Assembly (NCBI GenBank): GCA_965197925.1
Contig: CBDAOC010000020.1
Coordinates: 832,001 to 896,000 of the forward strand
Origin: Nitrososphaerales archaeon
GTDB taxonomy: Archaea > Thermoproteota > Nitrososphaeria > Nitrososphaerales > UBA213
Direction: 5' to 3'
DNA length: 64,000 nt
Below are positions 44,778 through 55,535 of this stretch, piece by piece (the first letter of the stretch is position 1; each line of letters opens with the position of its first letter). The position numbers and the translations under genes are program-made. Under the pieces are notes generated by a model that made no database searches, was not told the DNA's origin, and saw nothing but the letters and a program-made list of their open reading frames with translations.

Positions 44778-45362
44778 CTATCCGAGATCTAGTGATCTAG
44801 AATGTTTGTTAGTATGCGGTCTCTCTCCTGAAAACCTTCTCCTCATATGACCTGAGGGCCTTCCGTACAGAAGCTCCAAGAACCATGCTTCGTGTTCAAT
44901 TTCTTCCTTAAGAATATCTTTTGCTACATCAAATGTCGCAGGGTCTTTGCCGTATGTCATGTTACAGACTTTATTCCAGTTTACAATAGCTCCCTGTTCT
45001 GCTACAAGACACTTTTTCAAAATTTCCCTAATATCAGTTTTTTTTGGTGGCAATTGCAAAAATTCACAACCTGACATCCTGATAAATTCCTGCGCATCAT
45101 TTGGCAGCATTCCTCCAAGCTCATAAATCCTGGATAAACACGATTCAAAATGGCTCAAATCTTCCAGTCTGGCATCTTCGATTACACCTTTAATACTTTC
45201 TCCTTCAGTCCCAGTACAGTGTGCTCGAAGGTTAGTAAAATAATAGTATGCTGTGAATTCTACCGAGCAATTGAGCACCAATTGTTTTATGAGTTCATCA
45301 ATATTAACACCGTTCTGCTGTAGTATATTTACGCCAACTACATTGATTTTCTCTTCCGCCAT
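44778..45362 (-). CDS. Dps-like (DpsL) ferritin-superfamily protein
   Basis: EFTAYYY, EDARLEDLSHFE, RIYELGG, EEIEHEAWF, PSGH. Confidence 0.9.
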   Translation of the reverse strand: MAEEKINVVGVNILQQNGVNIDELIKQLVLNCSVEFTAYYYFTNLRAHCTGTEGESIKGVIEDARLEDLSHFESCLSRIYELGGMLPNDAQEFIRMSGCEFLQLPPKKTDIREILKKCLVAEQGAIVNWNKVCNMTYGKDPATFDVAKDILKEEIEHEAWFLELLYGRPSGHMRRRFSGERPHTNKHSRSLDLG

Positions 45363-46047
45363 ATTACAATACTCGACTACAAGGAAATTTGATTGTTAAT
45401 AAGTATTTTCCGCAATTATATCTTCCAGTGAACATACTCTTTCATTTGTTCAATATGTTCCTTTGAATTCTGAAGGACGCACGATAAAATGTAACTTTCT
45501 ATGAAAACTTTAGCTCATCCGCTTTTCTATAAGAACTATTTCAAGTAATTAATTCGTGGGAAACCTTTAGGAATCCCCATATAATTACAACGTATTAGGG
45601 AATTAATTGACATCTATTAGCCAATGTGAATGGGATCTGCATAAAAATACTGAGTTCGAAGATAGCGAACTTTCATACTATGGATGGTGTTTTGTTACTA
45701 TTTCCGTAAATATCACATTTATAGGAAAGATGATGGAATCTTACAAAAGTTTCATGAATTCAAATGGTTGGGCCAATTATGATAAGTTTGATATTTGGCT
45801 ATATACTACGATAGATGAAATAGGTTTCAAGACTGAGGTCAAGGTACCCCTTCTGGAAGAGTATAATGGATTATTCTTTTCCTATTATTCAGAAGTTAGG
45901 TTCTAGGTAGATATTATTTGAGATGATATTGATTATTAGTTTGGCCAGTTTAAAATAGTATCTTTTTTCATGCAATTTACCACAAGCAATCACTCAATAA
46001 AATTTAATTCATCATTATTTAATCGCTTTTATAAATAAAACACTATT

Positions 46048-47076
46048 ATGAGAGTATGGCCGATAATAGTTATTCTCAGTTTGCTTTTTTTGCCTGCATA
46101 TGGCACTTCAGATGTAAAGCCCTACAACTACTACACCTATATCAACTCTAGTGGGTCACCGGTTATAGTGGGGGAAGTTGTGAACGGCGGTAAGGATTCC
46201 ATCAGAGATGTTGAGGTTGAGGCTAGTTTCATAGATCACTCCGGCAATATTCTTGATTCCGAATCTACCATGGCTATGATTGATCTGATACCACCTGGGC
46301 AGAGGACACCATTCATGATTGTAGGCGATAAGGAATATGCATCTGATGTTAAGAGTTTCGAAATTGAAGTAATTGACTTTGCTAAAGGAAAAGTGAAGCC
46401 TGCCAAATTAGAAATCATTAAAACAAATGAATTTTCTGATGGTATACGGGAGGTCACCATAAGTGGGGAGATTAGAAACGCAGCAGAAAACGTGGCAGTG
46501 ATGTCAAAAGTTTATGCGACTTTTTATGATGATAGTAACAGGGTAATAGGATTTTCTTCCTCAAAAACAGATCCTTACTCGATCGCCCCAAATGCTAAAG
46601 CGAACTTCATACTTGAACTCCATGAACAAATTCCATTAATCAAGAGTTATACTCTTTATGCAGAATCTGAGCAATTTTCTACTATACCGTTTGGTCTGAT
46701 GAGCCTGGGCACCTACCCGGATATTGGTAACACGGTTAATCTATCAAGACTTATGCTTGTTGATCAACGAGGGGAAAGAATAAGTAAATTTGCTCCCAAC
46801 GAATCTGCATGGATAAAATCCGATCTACAGAATAAACTATCTGTTAAGCAGGATTTCACATATATAGTGCTTATCAAAGATAAGGATGGTTTTCCATTAG
46901 CATTCAAGTGGATCAGCGGTGTCCTTGGCCCAAACATGTCATTAACTCCAAATATATCATGGACTCCAGATCACGAAGGTATCTACTATGCAGAAATATA
47001 TGTATGGCACAGCATGGAGAATCCTATACCATTATCCACAAGCATTAAGACAATGCTCCTATACGTTCAAACCTAA
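46048..47076 (+). CDS. Secreted protein with tandem FxLYD-like Ig domains
   Basis: IVGEVVNGG..ASFIDHSG and ISGEIRN..ATFYDDSNRVIG repeats; signal peptide. Confidence 0.75.
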   Translation: MRVWPIIVILSLLFLPAYGTSDVKPYNYYTYINSSGSPVIVGEVVNGGKDSIRDVEVEASFIDHSGNILDSESTMAMIDLIPPGQRTPFMIVGDKEYASDVKSFEIEVIDFAKGKVKPAKLEIIKTNEFSDGIREVTISGEIRNAAENVAVMSKVYATFYDDSNRVIGFSSSKTDPYSIAPNAKANFILELHEQIPLIKSYTLYAESEQFSTIPFGLMSLGTYPDIGNTVNLSRLMLVDQRGERISKFAPNESAWIKSDLQNKLSVKQDFTYIVLIKDKDGFPLAFKWISGVLGPNMSLTPNISWTPDHEGIYYAEIYVWHSMENPIPLSTSIKTMLLYVQT

Positions 47077-47104
47077 GTAATTTTGTGTTAGAGAAGCAAA
47101 GAAA

Positions 47105-47287
47105 TTATTCGACAATCGATTGTACTTCATGTCCGCGTTTTATCTCTTCAACTTCATATCTTGCTATCTTGTTTCTTAATGCCTTTTTCAGCACACTTAC
47201 TTCATTCCTCAGTACTGATACTTCCTGTTCCAGTTGCATAATCTTGTCTTCGAGTTCTCCCAATATAATCAAAAAAGTATATACCAA
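47105..47287 (-). CDS. Small coiled-coil protein
   Basis: Heptad pattern LEDKIMQLEQEVSVLRNEV. Confidence 0.55.
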   Translation of the reverse strand: MVYTFLIILGELEDKIMQLEQEVSVLRNEVSVLKKALRNKIARYEVEEIKRGHEVQSIVE

Positions 47288-47405
47288 TTTAGCTTAAAAA
47301 TCTATCTATATCATGAATTTTGCACTACATTTCTCAAGCTTGCTCTCATTTCTTATTCAAAGGGATGAAGAATGATGAGATGGTGAATACAATTTCTAGG
47401 TATTA

Positions 47406-47960
47406 CTAGTTTTTTGTGAGATGTATAAAATTGCCTAGAATCTCCAACCCATCACTGCTCACTTCAGGATGAAACTGTGTTCCAAAAATATGCTTTTTCG
47501 CATGAGCTATAATTTCGTACTTGGCACTACTTGAATCAGCCAAACACGTAAATTCCTGAGGTAAGCGTGCAATATGATAACCATGACTTTCGAATACATT
47601 TAGTGACTTCCTATCAGTAAGCACATTTTCCTTCTTCACAGCAATTTCATTATAACCTATTATTCTGTTATTCATTCGTTGTAAAGAGCCACTGAATGCC
47701 AGCGCTGTGATTTCTGCACCATAACATATGCCAAGCAACGGTTTGTCATCTTTGTATGCGGATTTGAGAATTTTCATGTTAAAAACATTCATTTCCTTTG
47801 CATTGTTAGTTCTTCCTGACAGGATAATACCATCATAGTTGTTTATTGACTGGTCACTATGTTCATCATATTTCCTTACTACGTAGTTCACATTTAGTTT
47901 GTTCAAGCACTTTCTCAAGTCATCAAGGTATGAGGAAAGATTGTTTATCAGTAAGAGCAT
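47406..47960 (-). CDS. Class I glutamine amidotransferase (GMP synthase subunit A-like)
   Basis: GIILSG, PLLGICYG, ESHG, QFHPEV. Confidence 0.88.
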   Translation of the reverse strand: MLLLINNLSSYLDDLRKCLNKLNVNYVVRKYDEHSDQSINNYDGIILSGRTNNAKEMNVFNMKILKSAYKDDKPLLGICYGAEITALAFSGSLQRMNNRIIGYNEIAVKKENVLTDRKSLNVFESHGYHIARLPQEFTCLADSSSAKYEIIAHAKKHIFGTQFHPEVSSDGLEILGNFIHLTKN

Positions 47961-47963
47961 TCA

Positions 47964-50810
47964 TTATTCTACCTCAAAGGTTAGGTAATGCAATTCCGTT
48001 ATACCATCAATAATAACTGTGATACCAAAATTCACCTTTTCAGCATCGTCCCACACCATAACACGTTTTGTATCTACTCCTTTCCATTTGTCTACAAAGC
48101 CGTTGACCGTATTCTCTACGTTTCCAAAGTCCTCATCATTATCATAAGTTATTTGCTCCTCTTGGAAAGTAAGAGGCACAGAAATTGATGTAGGAATTAC
48201 AATGGTGTAATTCATACTCTCAAATATTTCTTGTATATTTGTTATTTTTTTGTTCCTGTCAAGTAATTGTAACGGGGCTGTGCCTGGTGTGCTAACGCCG
48301 GCAAGCTTTGCCAAATAAGCCCTGAACGCCTCTTCAACAGTTTGACCGAGACCTACATAATATTCACCTGTGAACGCTGCCCCTACGGCTGCTACCGTTC
48401 CTAGCTGGGTCACAACCCCACCAGCACCAGCAGTATACACCGGCATAAAGTAGACATCATTATCCCCAATCCTGTAAATTATGTTATCCCCAATCCTGGG
48501 ATTTCTCAACAGTGTCTTCAACTGTGCAAAATCGGGATCCCTATCAAGAGCTTCCCTAATGGCTGTAGGTCCTAGCAATTTTGTTTCAGCTTCTAAAGAC
48601 ACTTCATAAAATATCATTTCACCATCATGAGGATAGTCATTCCTTACTACCATGTAACCTGCAAGGTTCCTACCCGCAGCTCCCCGTAATTCCAATGACA
48701 ATAAACCTAGATACTCAGTCTTATCAAAGCCAGGTGGTTTTGCTATTATGTAGTATGGTGAAAGTTCAACCGGGATCTCAAAGAATTCCCTTGCACCAAT
48801 GAATGTAGATACATCAGTGACGTGATAGAAATTGTACATGTTTACCTTCCACCAGAAGAACTCTTCAGGGGACCTCAGTTGACTGTGTAGCCAGACAGGA
48901 ATTTCTTTCGTTACATGGTCTTGGTATCCCTCGACAAACATGTTTGTGAAAAAGTCATCTCCCTTGATCATAATATCTGGTTTACCATCGAAGGTGTTAA
49001 GCATGGCATAGCCTACAAATCTATACAAAGGATTGTTTGCGCTCCATGGAACGTTTGATGTATCCAATTTTACCAGGAGAGGCATAAGCCAGTATGTATT
49101 TGCCCCATCCGTTACGGGTAATACATCTACATCCCTGTTACCAAATTGATATTCAAAGTATGGGTAAAGTAACGACATTCTTTCATGTATATCCTTGTAT
49201 CTCATCACATGTATTGCCTTATCGGGATATGAAAGCAAAAAATTGGGTTCGAAGATCCAACTTACTGGAGGTGATACCGTTATTCCCCCATTTCCATTAT
49301 AGAAGAAGTCTCCTAACTCATCACTTTCTTCCCTATCCACAGGAAATGCTGACCAGACTTCTCCTATCAATCCTCCCTCTCCATAATAGATCTTACGTTG
49401 TTCAAAAAATTTATCACTGTTAGCTATTTCTCCCGAATGCGCATTAAGCATGAGAAAACCATTTGGTACGTGGGTATAAACCAAGTGCTGTGCATACCAC
49501 CTATTGTCTGCTGTAACACTGGAGGGAAGGATTGGTTTCATTGCAGCACTCCAGTATAGTGTGTTGTTAAATCGTATTACGTCTGAATCTTGAAAGTCAA
49601 CATATGGTATCAAACCTATTTCCGGTTTAAGTTTTGTAAAGGCCGCATTCCAGTCCCATAAACGAATTTTTGTCAGCACGTCCTGGTTATTTGCGACTAT
49701 ATTATTGATGTTACTTTGTTGCGTGGTAAATAACTTTACATCATAGTTGATCTCCTTTACTTCGTCGAGTTCTGCAAAATATCTATTAATTGCAATCTCT
49801 TGTGCCGTATAAGGACCCAGATACTCGATCTTTCTCGCATCTGCTATACTGTTGTTGACGGCCATGACAGATCCTACTATGACAGCTATTGAAACTATCG
49901 TCAACAATCGAATATACACGTTCCTCTTAGAAGGTAATATTATAACCTTCGATTTCCTTCTATCTATTACTGACCATGCTATGAATGCAGCACCAAGTAG
50001 AGCTCCACCAATGATGGCGTACTTCGTATTATAGTCTATGTTGTAAGTGAAGAACATATTGAAAGATGTCCAGAATAGTCCCACACCTAATACTAGTTCA
50101 ATTATTGATAGGTAGTAGAGGAACTTCGCCTTCCCTTCAGAAGAGTCTACGACATAACTAGACGCTATGTGTGCTATATTGCGTACACCAACATAAAGCA
50201 TCAGTCTTATGCCAATTGCTCCAAGTAGCGGTGGTATCAGTAACGTAAGAGATGGTATCATAGGTATTACGAGTTCATTTGCAATTGCAGGATCTGGAGA
50301 TGTTATGAATGGAAGATGGAAGATTTTTGGCAACGCCCCAATCCCAAGGTCGTTACCGTCAATCACATAAAGGGAACTCATCCCAAACATCAAGTTAACA
50401 AACAAAGGAGCAAGCAGTAGAACCTTGGTTATCTGCCATATTGTAAAATTAATCTTGCTAAGTTTGAATTCACTGTATTTTACCGGTATCTGTGTTGAAT
50501 CAAAAGCTTCACGTTTTACAAAAGAGATCCCCATTGCAAAAACCCACCATATCATGGATTCTCGCTTTCTGAAATCTATTCTAATAAGGGCGATTGTAGA
50601 TAATACGAGTCCAGAGAAGATTGCATAGTATATTGGCTTTACAAATAACTCACTAAATTCATCAACATTCATAAAAATATTAATTGATTGGTTACTGATT
50701 ATACCAAATATTACTATACCTATTAGAGCAAAGAGCCCTAGTCTAATGTATCTACCAACATCTAGTTTTGGCTTATCTTCTGGCTTATCTTCAGGCTGAG
50801 AATTCCACAA
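47964..50810 (-). CDS. UPF0182 family membrane protein
   Basis: Multiple N-terminal TMs, IRLWDW, HLVYTH, IYYGE, PYYII, RNLAGYM. Confidence 0.88.
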   Translation of the reverse strand: MWNSQPEDKPEDKPKLDVGRYIRLGLFALIGIVIFGIISNQSINIFMNVDEFSELFVKPIYYAIFSGLVLSTIALIRIDFRKRESMIWWVFAMGISFVKREAFDSTQIPVKYSEFKLSKINFTIWQITKVLLLAPLFVNLMFGMSSLYVIDGNDLGIGALPKIFHLPFITSPDPAIANELVIPMIPSLTLLIPPLLGAIGIRLMLYVGVRNIAHIASSYVVDSSEGKAKFLYYLSIIELVLGVGLFWTSFNMFFTYNIDYNTKYAIIGGALLGAAFIAWSVIDRRKSKVIILPSKRNVYIRLLTIVSIAVIVGSVMAVNNSIADARKIEYLGPYTAQEIAINRYFAELDEVKEINYDVKLFTTQQSNINNIVANNQDVLTKIRLWDWNAAFTKLKPEIGLIPYVDFQDSDVIRFNNTLYWSAAMKPILPSSVTADNRWYAQHLVYTHVPNGFLMLNAHSGEIANSDKFFEQRKIYYGEGGLIGEVWSAFPVDREESDELGDFFYNGNGGITVSPPVSWIFEPNFLLSYPDKAIHVMRYKDIHERMSLLYPYFEYQFGNRDVDVLPVTDGANTYWLMPLLVKLDTSNVPWSANNPLYRFVGYAMLNTFDGKPDIMIKGDDFFTNMFVEGYQDHVTKEIPVWLHSQLRSPEEFFWWKVNMYNFYHVTDVSTFIGAREFFEIPVELSPYYIIAKPPGFDKTEYLGLLSLELRGAAGRNLAGYMVVRNDYPHDGEMIFYEVSLEAETKLLGPTAIREALDRDPDFAQLKTLLRNPRIGDNIIYRIGDNDVYFMPVYTAGAGGVVTQLGTVAAVGAAFTGEYYVGLGQTVEEAFRAYLAKLAGVSTPGTAPLQLLDRNKKITNIQEIFESMNYTIVIPTSISVPLTFQEEQITYDNDEDFGNVENTVNGFVDKWKGVDTKRVMVWDDAEKVNFGITVIIDGITELHYLTFEVE

Positions 50811-50847
50811 TGTAAATCATGCCCAGAAGGCTAAATTAATATTTTTA

Positions 50848-52002
50848 CTATTTTAAATCGGCCAATCCCTTACATATAAGGTATACCGCTGCATATGTGG
50901 GCAGCTTTACATTCTGATCTTTGAAAGGACCAAAGGAATTTTCCTTCAGCCTAAACCTTGGCGAATATCGCACATGAATGTTGACTTCTTCATCACTAAG
51001 AACACAGGCAATAGTGAAAGGATCGAAGTTTTCAATATCATTGCATAGGACCTTTGTGAGACCACTTTTGCTGTTAAGCGTTCCTTGAAGTCTAAAGACC
51101 CTATGAATGTCCATAGTCACTTTCGGATCTATATGCACACCCACATCCTTTGTTATGTTGTTCAATTTAACTTTGAACTGTGAGTATCCCTTTTTCAGTA
51201 TCTTATTCACTAACCTAGGTTTCTGTGCATCATCCTTCATGAGTATACATGATATCCGTCCGCGCCAACCAAAATCATCTTTGTTCGGGAATTTTGAAAC
51301 TACGTCCTTTATTGACCGCGAATTTTTCCTTATTCCAAAGGTTTCAGGCAATATATTGTTGCACATCACATAATCAGCTATCTCTGCTCTACTATGAGCG
51401 TCCATAGACTCGAATTCTGTATTGTGTATATGAAGGTGAAAACCGTGATTTCCTGAAAAATACACTTTGATTTCATGCTCCCGAATACCAAGATCTTCCT
51501 GGAGCAATTTTAATAGTTTTTTCACTTCCCACTTTCCAGCATCCATACATCTATCACATGCCAGAGATACTTTTTCAACTTTCGAGCTTCTACATGTATT
51601 ACAATTCTCTCTGCTTCCCATAACATTATTGCAATCATTGCATATCCAGACTTCATGATTAGTTGCACATGTTAATTCAAGATCGTCGGCATCTATATCA
51701 AATATGAGATCGGCACCTCTAAAAATCTTCTCCTGCATTGGAGCAGTTGGGTTACTGTAATAAGCGCAGGAAGAATAAACGTCTGATGGAATATGTTTGA
51801 GCAAGTGTACATACATTTCATTTTGATCCTTGAATGACAAATGTCTTCTCATCCCACCAGTAAATTGCATGTAACCAAATTCCCTTTCCTTGATACGCAA
51901 TGGAGCTTCTAAATGGTCAGGATGCTTGAAATAAAACTCCTTAAATGACTGCTTAACCAGATTCAGGTTTTGCTCCTTCATTTTCCCCACTTTTTCTTCC
52001 AA
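50848..52002 (-). CDS. priS: DNA primase small subunit
   Basis: REFG, DLIFDIDAD, FSGNHGFH, IDPKVTMDIHRVFRL. Confidence 0.93.
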   Translation of the reverse strand: MEEKVGKMKEQNLNLVKQSFKEFYFKHPDHLEAPLRIKEREFGYMQFTGGMRRHLSFKDQNEMYVHLLKHIPSDVYSSCAYYSNPTAPMQEKIFRGADLIFDIDADDLELTCATNHEVWICNDCNNVMGSRENCNTCRSSKVEKVSLACDRCMDAGKWEVKKLLKLLQEDLGIREHEIKVYFSGNHGFHLHIHNTEFESMDAHSRAEIADYVMCNNILPETFGIRKNSRSIKDVVSKFPNKDDFGWRGRISCILMKDDAQKPRLVNKILKKGYSQFKVKLNNITKDVGVHIDPKVTMDIHRVFRLQGTLNSKSGLTKVLCNDIENFDPFTIACVLSDEEVNIHVRYSPRFRLKENSFGPFKDQNVKLPTYAAVYLICKGLADLK

Positions 52003-52990
52003 ATTGGATAGGATTTATTATTCCATTACATTCATCCGTTCTGTAGCAATTTTTATCACTGGCTACTTTTTTACATGAAGGAGATATGTACTTTGTTCTA
52101 CTACCCTTAATTCCAGCTAAATGTTCCACTTGATATCTGGTAATACGGTCATTGTAATCCGGTGCGGTTTCAAATAACATACAAATTTCATCTACGGATT
52201 TGCCTATTACAAGCATGTAGGTTGCTAGGAGAAATCTTGCAGAATGTGGTGGGTTTTCACCTTTAGAAAGCATCTGCAAAATATGCTCTATACACGGCGG
52301 ATATTTCTTTGTTAATAAATATCTCTTGTGCTCTACATATTTGCCGACCTTTCCCTTCAAGTCTTCTACTTTACTACCTATTGATTCTGGTAATTGTCTA
52401 AGTTCTATCTTGTTTATTTTATCGTAGATATACTGGCTAAGCTCATCACGGATGAGCCTAACACTTTCCCTGGGATCCAGATAAACAAAGCCCTTGTTAA
52501 CTACTCTATTCACCAACTGCCAATGAGCCTCATGGAAATAAGTAGAACGTTTCAGATAGTCCGAAACCTTTACCTTGAATTTGCCTTTCTCCATCACAAT
52601 ATCAATATAGAAGAGATCTTTGAAAATTCTCGTCAAAATTGATAACATTCGGTATTCGGGTTCGTTTTTTAGATCCCATTCTAGGAACATCTCTATTCTT
52701 CTAGCTTCACCAAGAGAATACTTCCTACTTATACTCTTAATATCAAGTGCACGAACCATTATCAATGCAAGTAGGAATGAAACAACTTCGGTATCCAGAT
52801 CATCCAATGCCTTGAATAACTTGCCGTCGACCGCAGTAAGTATGCGCTGGTACGCTCGTTCAATAATTCGTTTCCTAGACGGATCTCCAAACTCTTCAAG
52901 ATTATAATCAAGTTTTTTTAAGTATTCACCTGCCTCCGATAGAAATGGATATTTTGCAAGATCACCTTTTCCTAACTGGATGAAGATCAA
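51953..52990 (-). CDS. priL: DNA primase large subunit
   Basis: AKYPFL, YPPCI, HSARF, TRYQVEHLAG, PSC..C..C cysteine cluster. Confidence 0.93.
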   Translation of the reverse strand: MIFIQLGKGDLAKYPFLSEAGEYLKKLDYNLEEFGDPSRKRIIERAYQRILTAVDGKLFKALDDLDTEVVSFLLALIMVRALDIKSISRKYSLGEARRIEMFLEWDLKNEPEYRMLSILTRIFKDLFYIDIVMEKGKFKVKVSDYLKRSTYFHEAHWQLVNRVVNKGFVYLDPRESVRLIRDELSQYIYDKINKIELRQLPESIGSKVEDLKGKVGKYVEHKRYLLTKKYPPCIEHILQMLSKGENPPHSARFLLATYMLVIGKSVDEICMLFETAPDYNDRITRYQVEHLAGIKGSRTKYISPSCKKVASDKNCYRTDECNGIINPIQFGRKSGENEGAKPESG

Positions 52991-53066
52991 ATATCACAAT
53001 ATCGCACAAACCACAATAAAAGTTTGTGTGGCTACGGTTAAATTACCTCATGATTTCATTCCACGT

Positions 53067-53912
53067 ATGATGGTTGGTCTTCATGTTTCGATATCAGGAT
53101 CGATTGACAAGGCTGTTGATAATGCTATGTCGCTGAAATGCACGGCATTTCAAATTTTTACTAAAAGTCCAAGAGTATGGGCATTTAAGAATTTAGTAGA
53201 TAAAGAAGTGGAAGGCTTTAAGAAAAAGCTAGCAAGGAGTAACATTGATCAATATGCTGTGTGTGTACACATGCCATACCTTCCAAATCTATCCTCTCCA
53301 AAGAAGGACCTGTACAATAAATCATTAAGGGCACTAATAAATGAGGTTAGAAGATGTGGAGCCCTAGGTGTGCCTTACTTGGTTATTCATCTTGGTAGCC
53401 ATTTGGGGGCAGGAACAGAAGTTGGAATTAAAAATCTTGTTAATGCGTGTAATACTGCAGTTGAAATGGTGAATAACGATTCCATCATATTGTTGGAAAA
53501 CACAGCGGGGACCAAAAATAGCATAGGCTCAAGGTTTGAAGAGTTAAAGGAAATTCTGGAGGGGTTGGAACCCAGACAAAGGTTTGGAATTTGTCTGGAT
53601 ACATGTCATGCATTTGCTGCAGGCTATGATCTTAGGGGAAAAGATTCACTTGATGATGTAATTGCTTCATTTGACAAAAACATAGGAATGAAGGAACTGC
53701 GAATAGTACATCTCAATGATTCCAAGGGCGATTTAAATTGCAATAAAGATAGACATGAACATATTGGATTGGGTTACATTGGAGATAAAGGCTTCAAGGA
53801 ATTATTGGCAAATAATGAAATAAATGAGCTTCCATTAATCCTCGAAACTCCAATAGATGATAGAAGAGATGATATAGGAAATTTGGAGAAAATAAGGGAA
53901 TTAGCTTCCTAG
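53067..53912 (+). CDS. nfo: Endonuclease IV
   Basis: GLHVS, HMPYLPNL, HLGSH, ENTAG, DTCHAFAAG, HLNDSK, DRHEHIG, ILETP; likely start ATG 53067. Confidence 0.95.
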   Translation: MMVGLHVSISGSIDKAVDNAMSLKCTAFQIFTKSPRVWAFKNLVDKEVEGFKKKLARSNIDQYAVCVHMPYLPNLSSPKKDLYNKSLRALINEVRRCGALGVPYLVIHLGSHLGAGTEVGIKNLVNACNTAVEMVNNDSIILLENTAGTKNSIGSRFEELKEILEGLEPRQRFGICLDTCHAFAAGYDLRGKDSLDDVIASFDKNIGMKELRIVHLNDSKGDLNCNKDRHEHIGLGYIGDKGFKELLANNEINELPLILETPIDDRRDDIGNLEKIRELAS

Positions 53913-55340
53913 AATAGAATCTTTAGAAGTCATATTTTTCTGCTTAAGCGAGATTTCTGGTAAAAATCTCTTCACAAGTGTGATTACTTCTTCATCCAAC
54001 ATCGCGGTAACCCTACCTTCTTGATACTGTTTGATGACTTCATCTTGTATGTTTTGAACTGCTGGATCCTCCTTTTTTATTTTTTCTTCATCATTCAGTC
54101 TGAATGTTGAGTTTATCCAGAATGCTATACCACTAAGCCCTGAATGTTCGGATATCATAACTTTTGGAGGCAGGTCAAGCAATTCTTCTGTATCAAATGG
54201 TAAATACATTTCAGGGTTCTTCAACAATCCATCTGCGTGTATACCAGCCCTTGTAATGTTAAAGTTCTTTCCAATTATTGGGTAATAGTAAGGTAGTTCA
54301 TAATTTAATTCTGATTCGTAATAATCTCTTACATATCGCAAAACTCTTGTATTGATACCGTCAAAGGAACCTTTTATCATTGAATATACAAATATCATTG
54401 CTTCCAACGGAATATTACCTGCTCTCTCTCCAATGCCTAACAATGTGCAATTGTTAAGTGAAGCACCATAAAGCCATGCCGATGTTGCATTGGATACTCC
54501 AAGGTGGAAATCGTTCTGACCATGAAATTCAAGCCATTCTGATGGTACACCCAATGCTTTGTTGAGCAACCAAAACAGTTTGGGGATTCCTCTAGGTAAA
54601 GCAGCTTCTGCCCACGGTAAGCCTACACCTAATGTATCGGCACATCTGATCTTTACAGGTAAATCATATTTTTCTGCAAGTTTCATTGCTTTTTTTACTA
54701 GTGGAACCACTACCCCAAAAATATCGGCTCGAGTCACGTCTTCCATATGCAGTCTAACGGCGATGTTGTTCTTGAGAGCCTCTTCGGTAACATCCAAGTA
54801 ATTCTGCACTACTTGTGACCTGCTCTTTCCCTTGAACTTGTAGAAAATATGATAATCGCTTACCGAGGCCAGTATGCCAGTTTCTTCCAAGTTCAATTTT
54901 TTGATGTGCTCCAGGTCTGATTTAGAACTTCTTATCCACCCCGTTATCCTTGGAAATTCATAACCCAAATCCATACACTTTTTTATTGCCTCCCTATCCT
55001 TCATAGTGTAAGGGAAGAATTCAGTATAGTTTACTTTCCCATTCTTTCCACCAAGATCGTGTAATAATCTGAATAAACTTGCTATTTGGTTACTAGAGTA
55101 AGGCTCTCTAGATTGTTGGCCGTCTCTGAAAGTTGTATCAGATAACCATAATTTATCTGGTATGTTGGTATTTAATATAACACCGTCAAATACAGCTTTA
55201 GGAGCAGCCTTGAACGGGAATGTATCTTTGTAAAGTTTCGGTTTCTCCACATCCACAACTTCATAATCAGGGAGGTCAATCTCCTCACTTTTTACGAATG
55301 CTAGGAATTTCTTTCTTTCCTCAAATTCGAGTGAGCCCAT
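53901..55340 (-). CDS. DRE-TIM metallolyase, Re-citrate synthase / isopropylmalate synthase family
   Basis: DTTFRDGQQSREPY, SVSDYHIF, EDVTRAD, GIGERAGN, TRAGIHADG. Confidence 0.85.
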   Translation of the reverse strand: MGSLEFEERKKFLAFVKSEEIDLPDYEVVDVEKPKLYKDTFPFKAAPKAVFDGVILNTNIPDKLWLSDTTFRDGQQSREPYSSNQIASLFRLLHDLGGKNGKVNYTEFFPYTMKDREAIKKCMDLGYEFPRITGWIRSSKSDLEHIKKLNLEETGILASVSDYHIFYKFKGKSRSQVVQNYLDVTEEALKNNIAVRLHMEDVTRADIFGVVVPLVKKAMKLAEKYDLPVKIRCADTLGVGLPWAEAALPRGIPKLFWLLNKALGVPSEWLEFHGQNDFHLGVSNATSAWLYGASLNNCTLLGIGERAGNIPLEAMIFVYSMIKGSFDGINTRVLRYVRDYYESELNYELPYYYPIIGKNFNITRAGIHADGLLKNPEMYLPFDTEELLDLPPKVMISEHSGLSGIAFWINSTFRLNDEEKIKKEDPAVQNIQDEVIKQYQEGRVTAMLDEEVITLVKRFLPEISLKQKNMTSKDSILGS

Positions 55341-55535
55341 CTTTTCTAACTTTTTCTCCTGTCGCTTTATTAATAAGTCTAACTATAATTTTTTATAAAA
55401 ATCTTCATCAAATTTGTTCAAACAAGACAAATATTGATATTGATGCCACATTAATTGCAATAAGTATAGATCAAGTTTTTCTTAATTACCCTTTCGTCCA
55501 AATAAATTTAAGAGCCAACACAGCATGCAATAAGC

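Noticed and set aside
45607..45906. 99-aa ORF
   Set aside because: TTG start, no motif; cannot be distinguished from a gene remnant.
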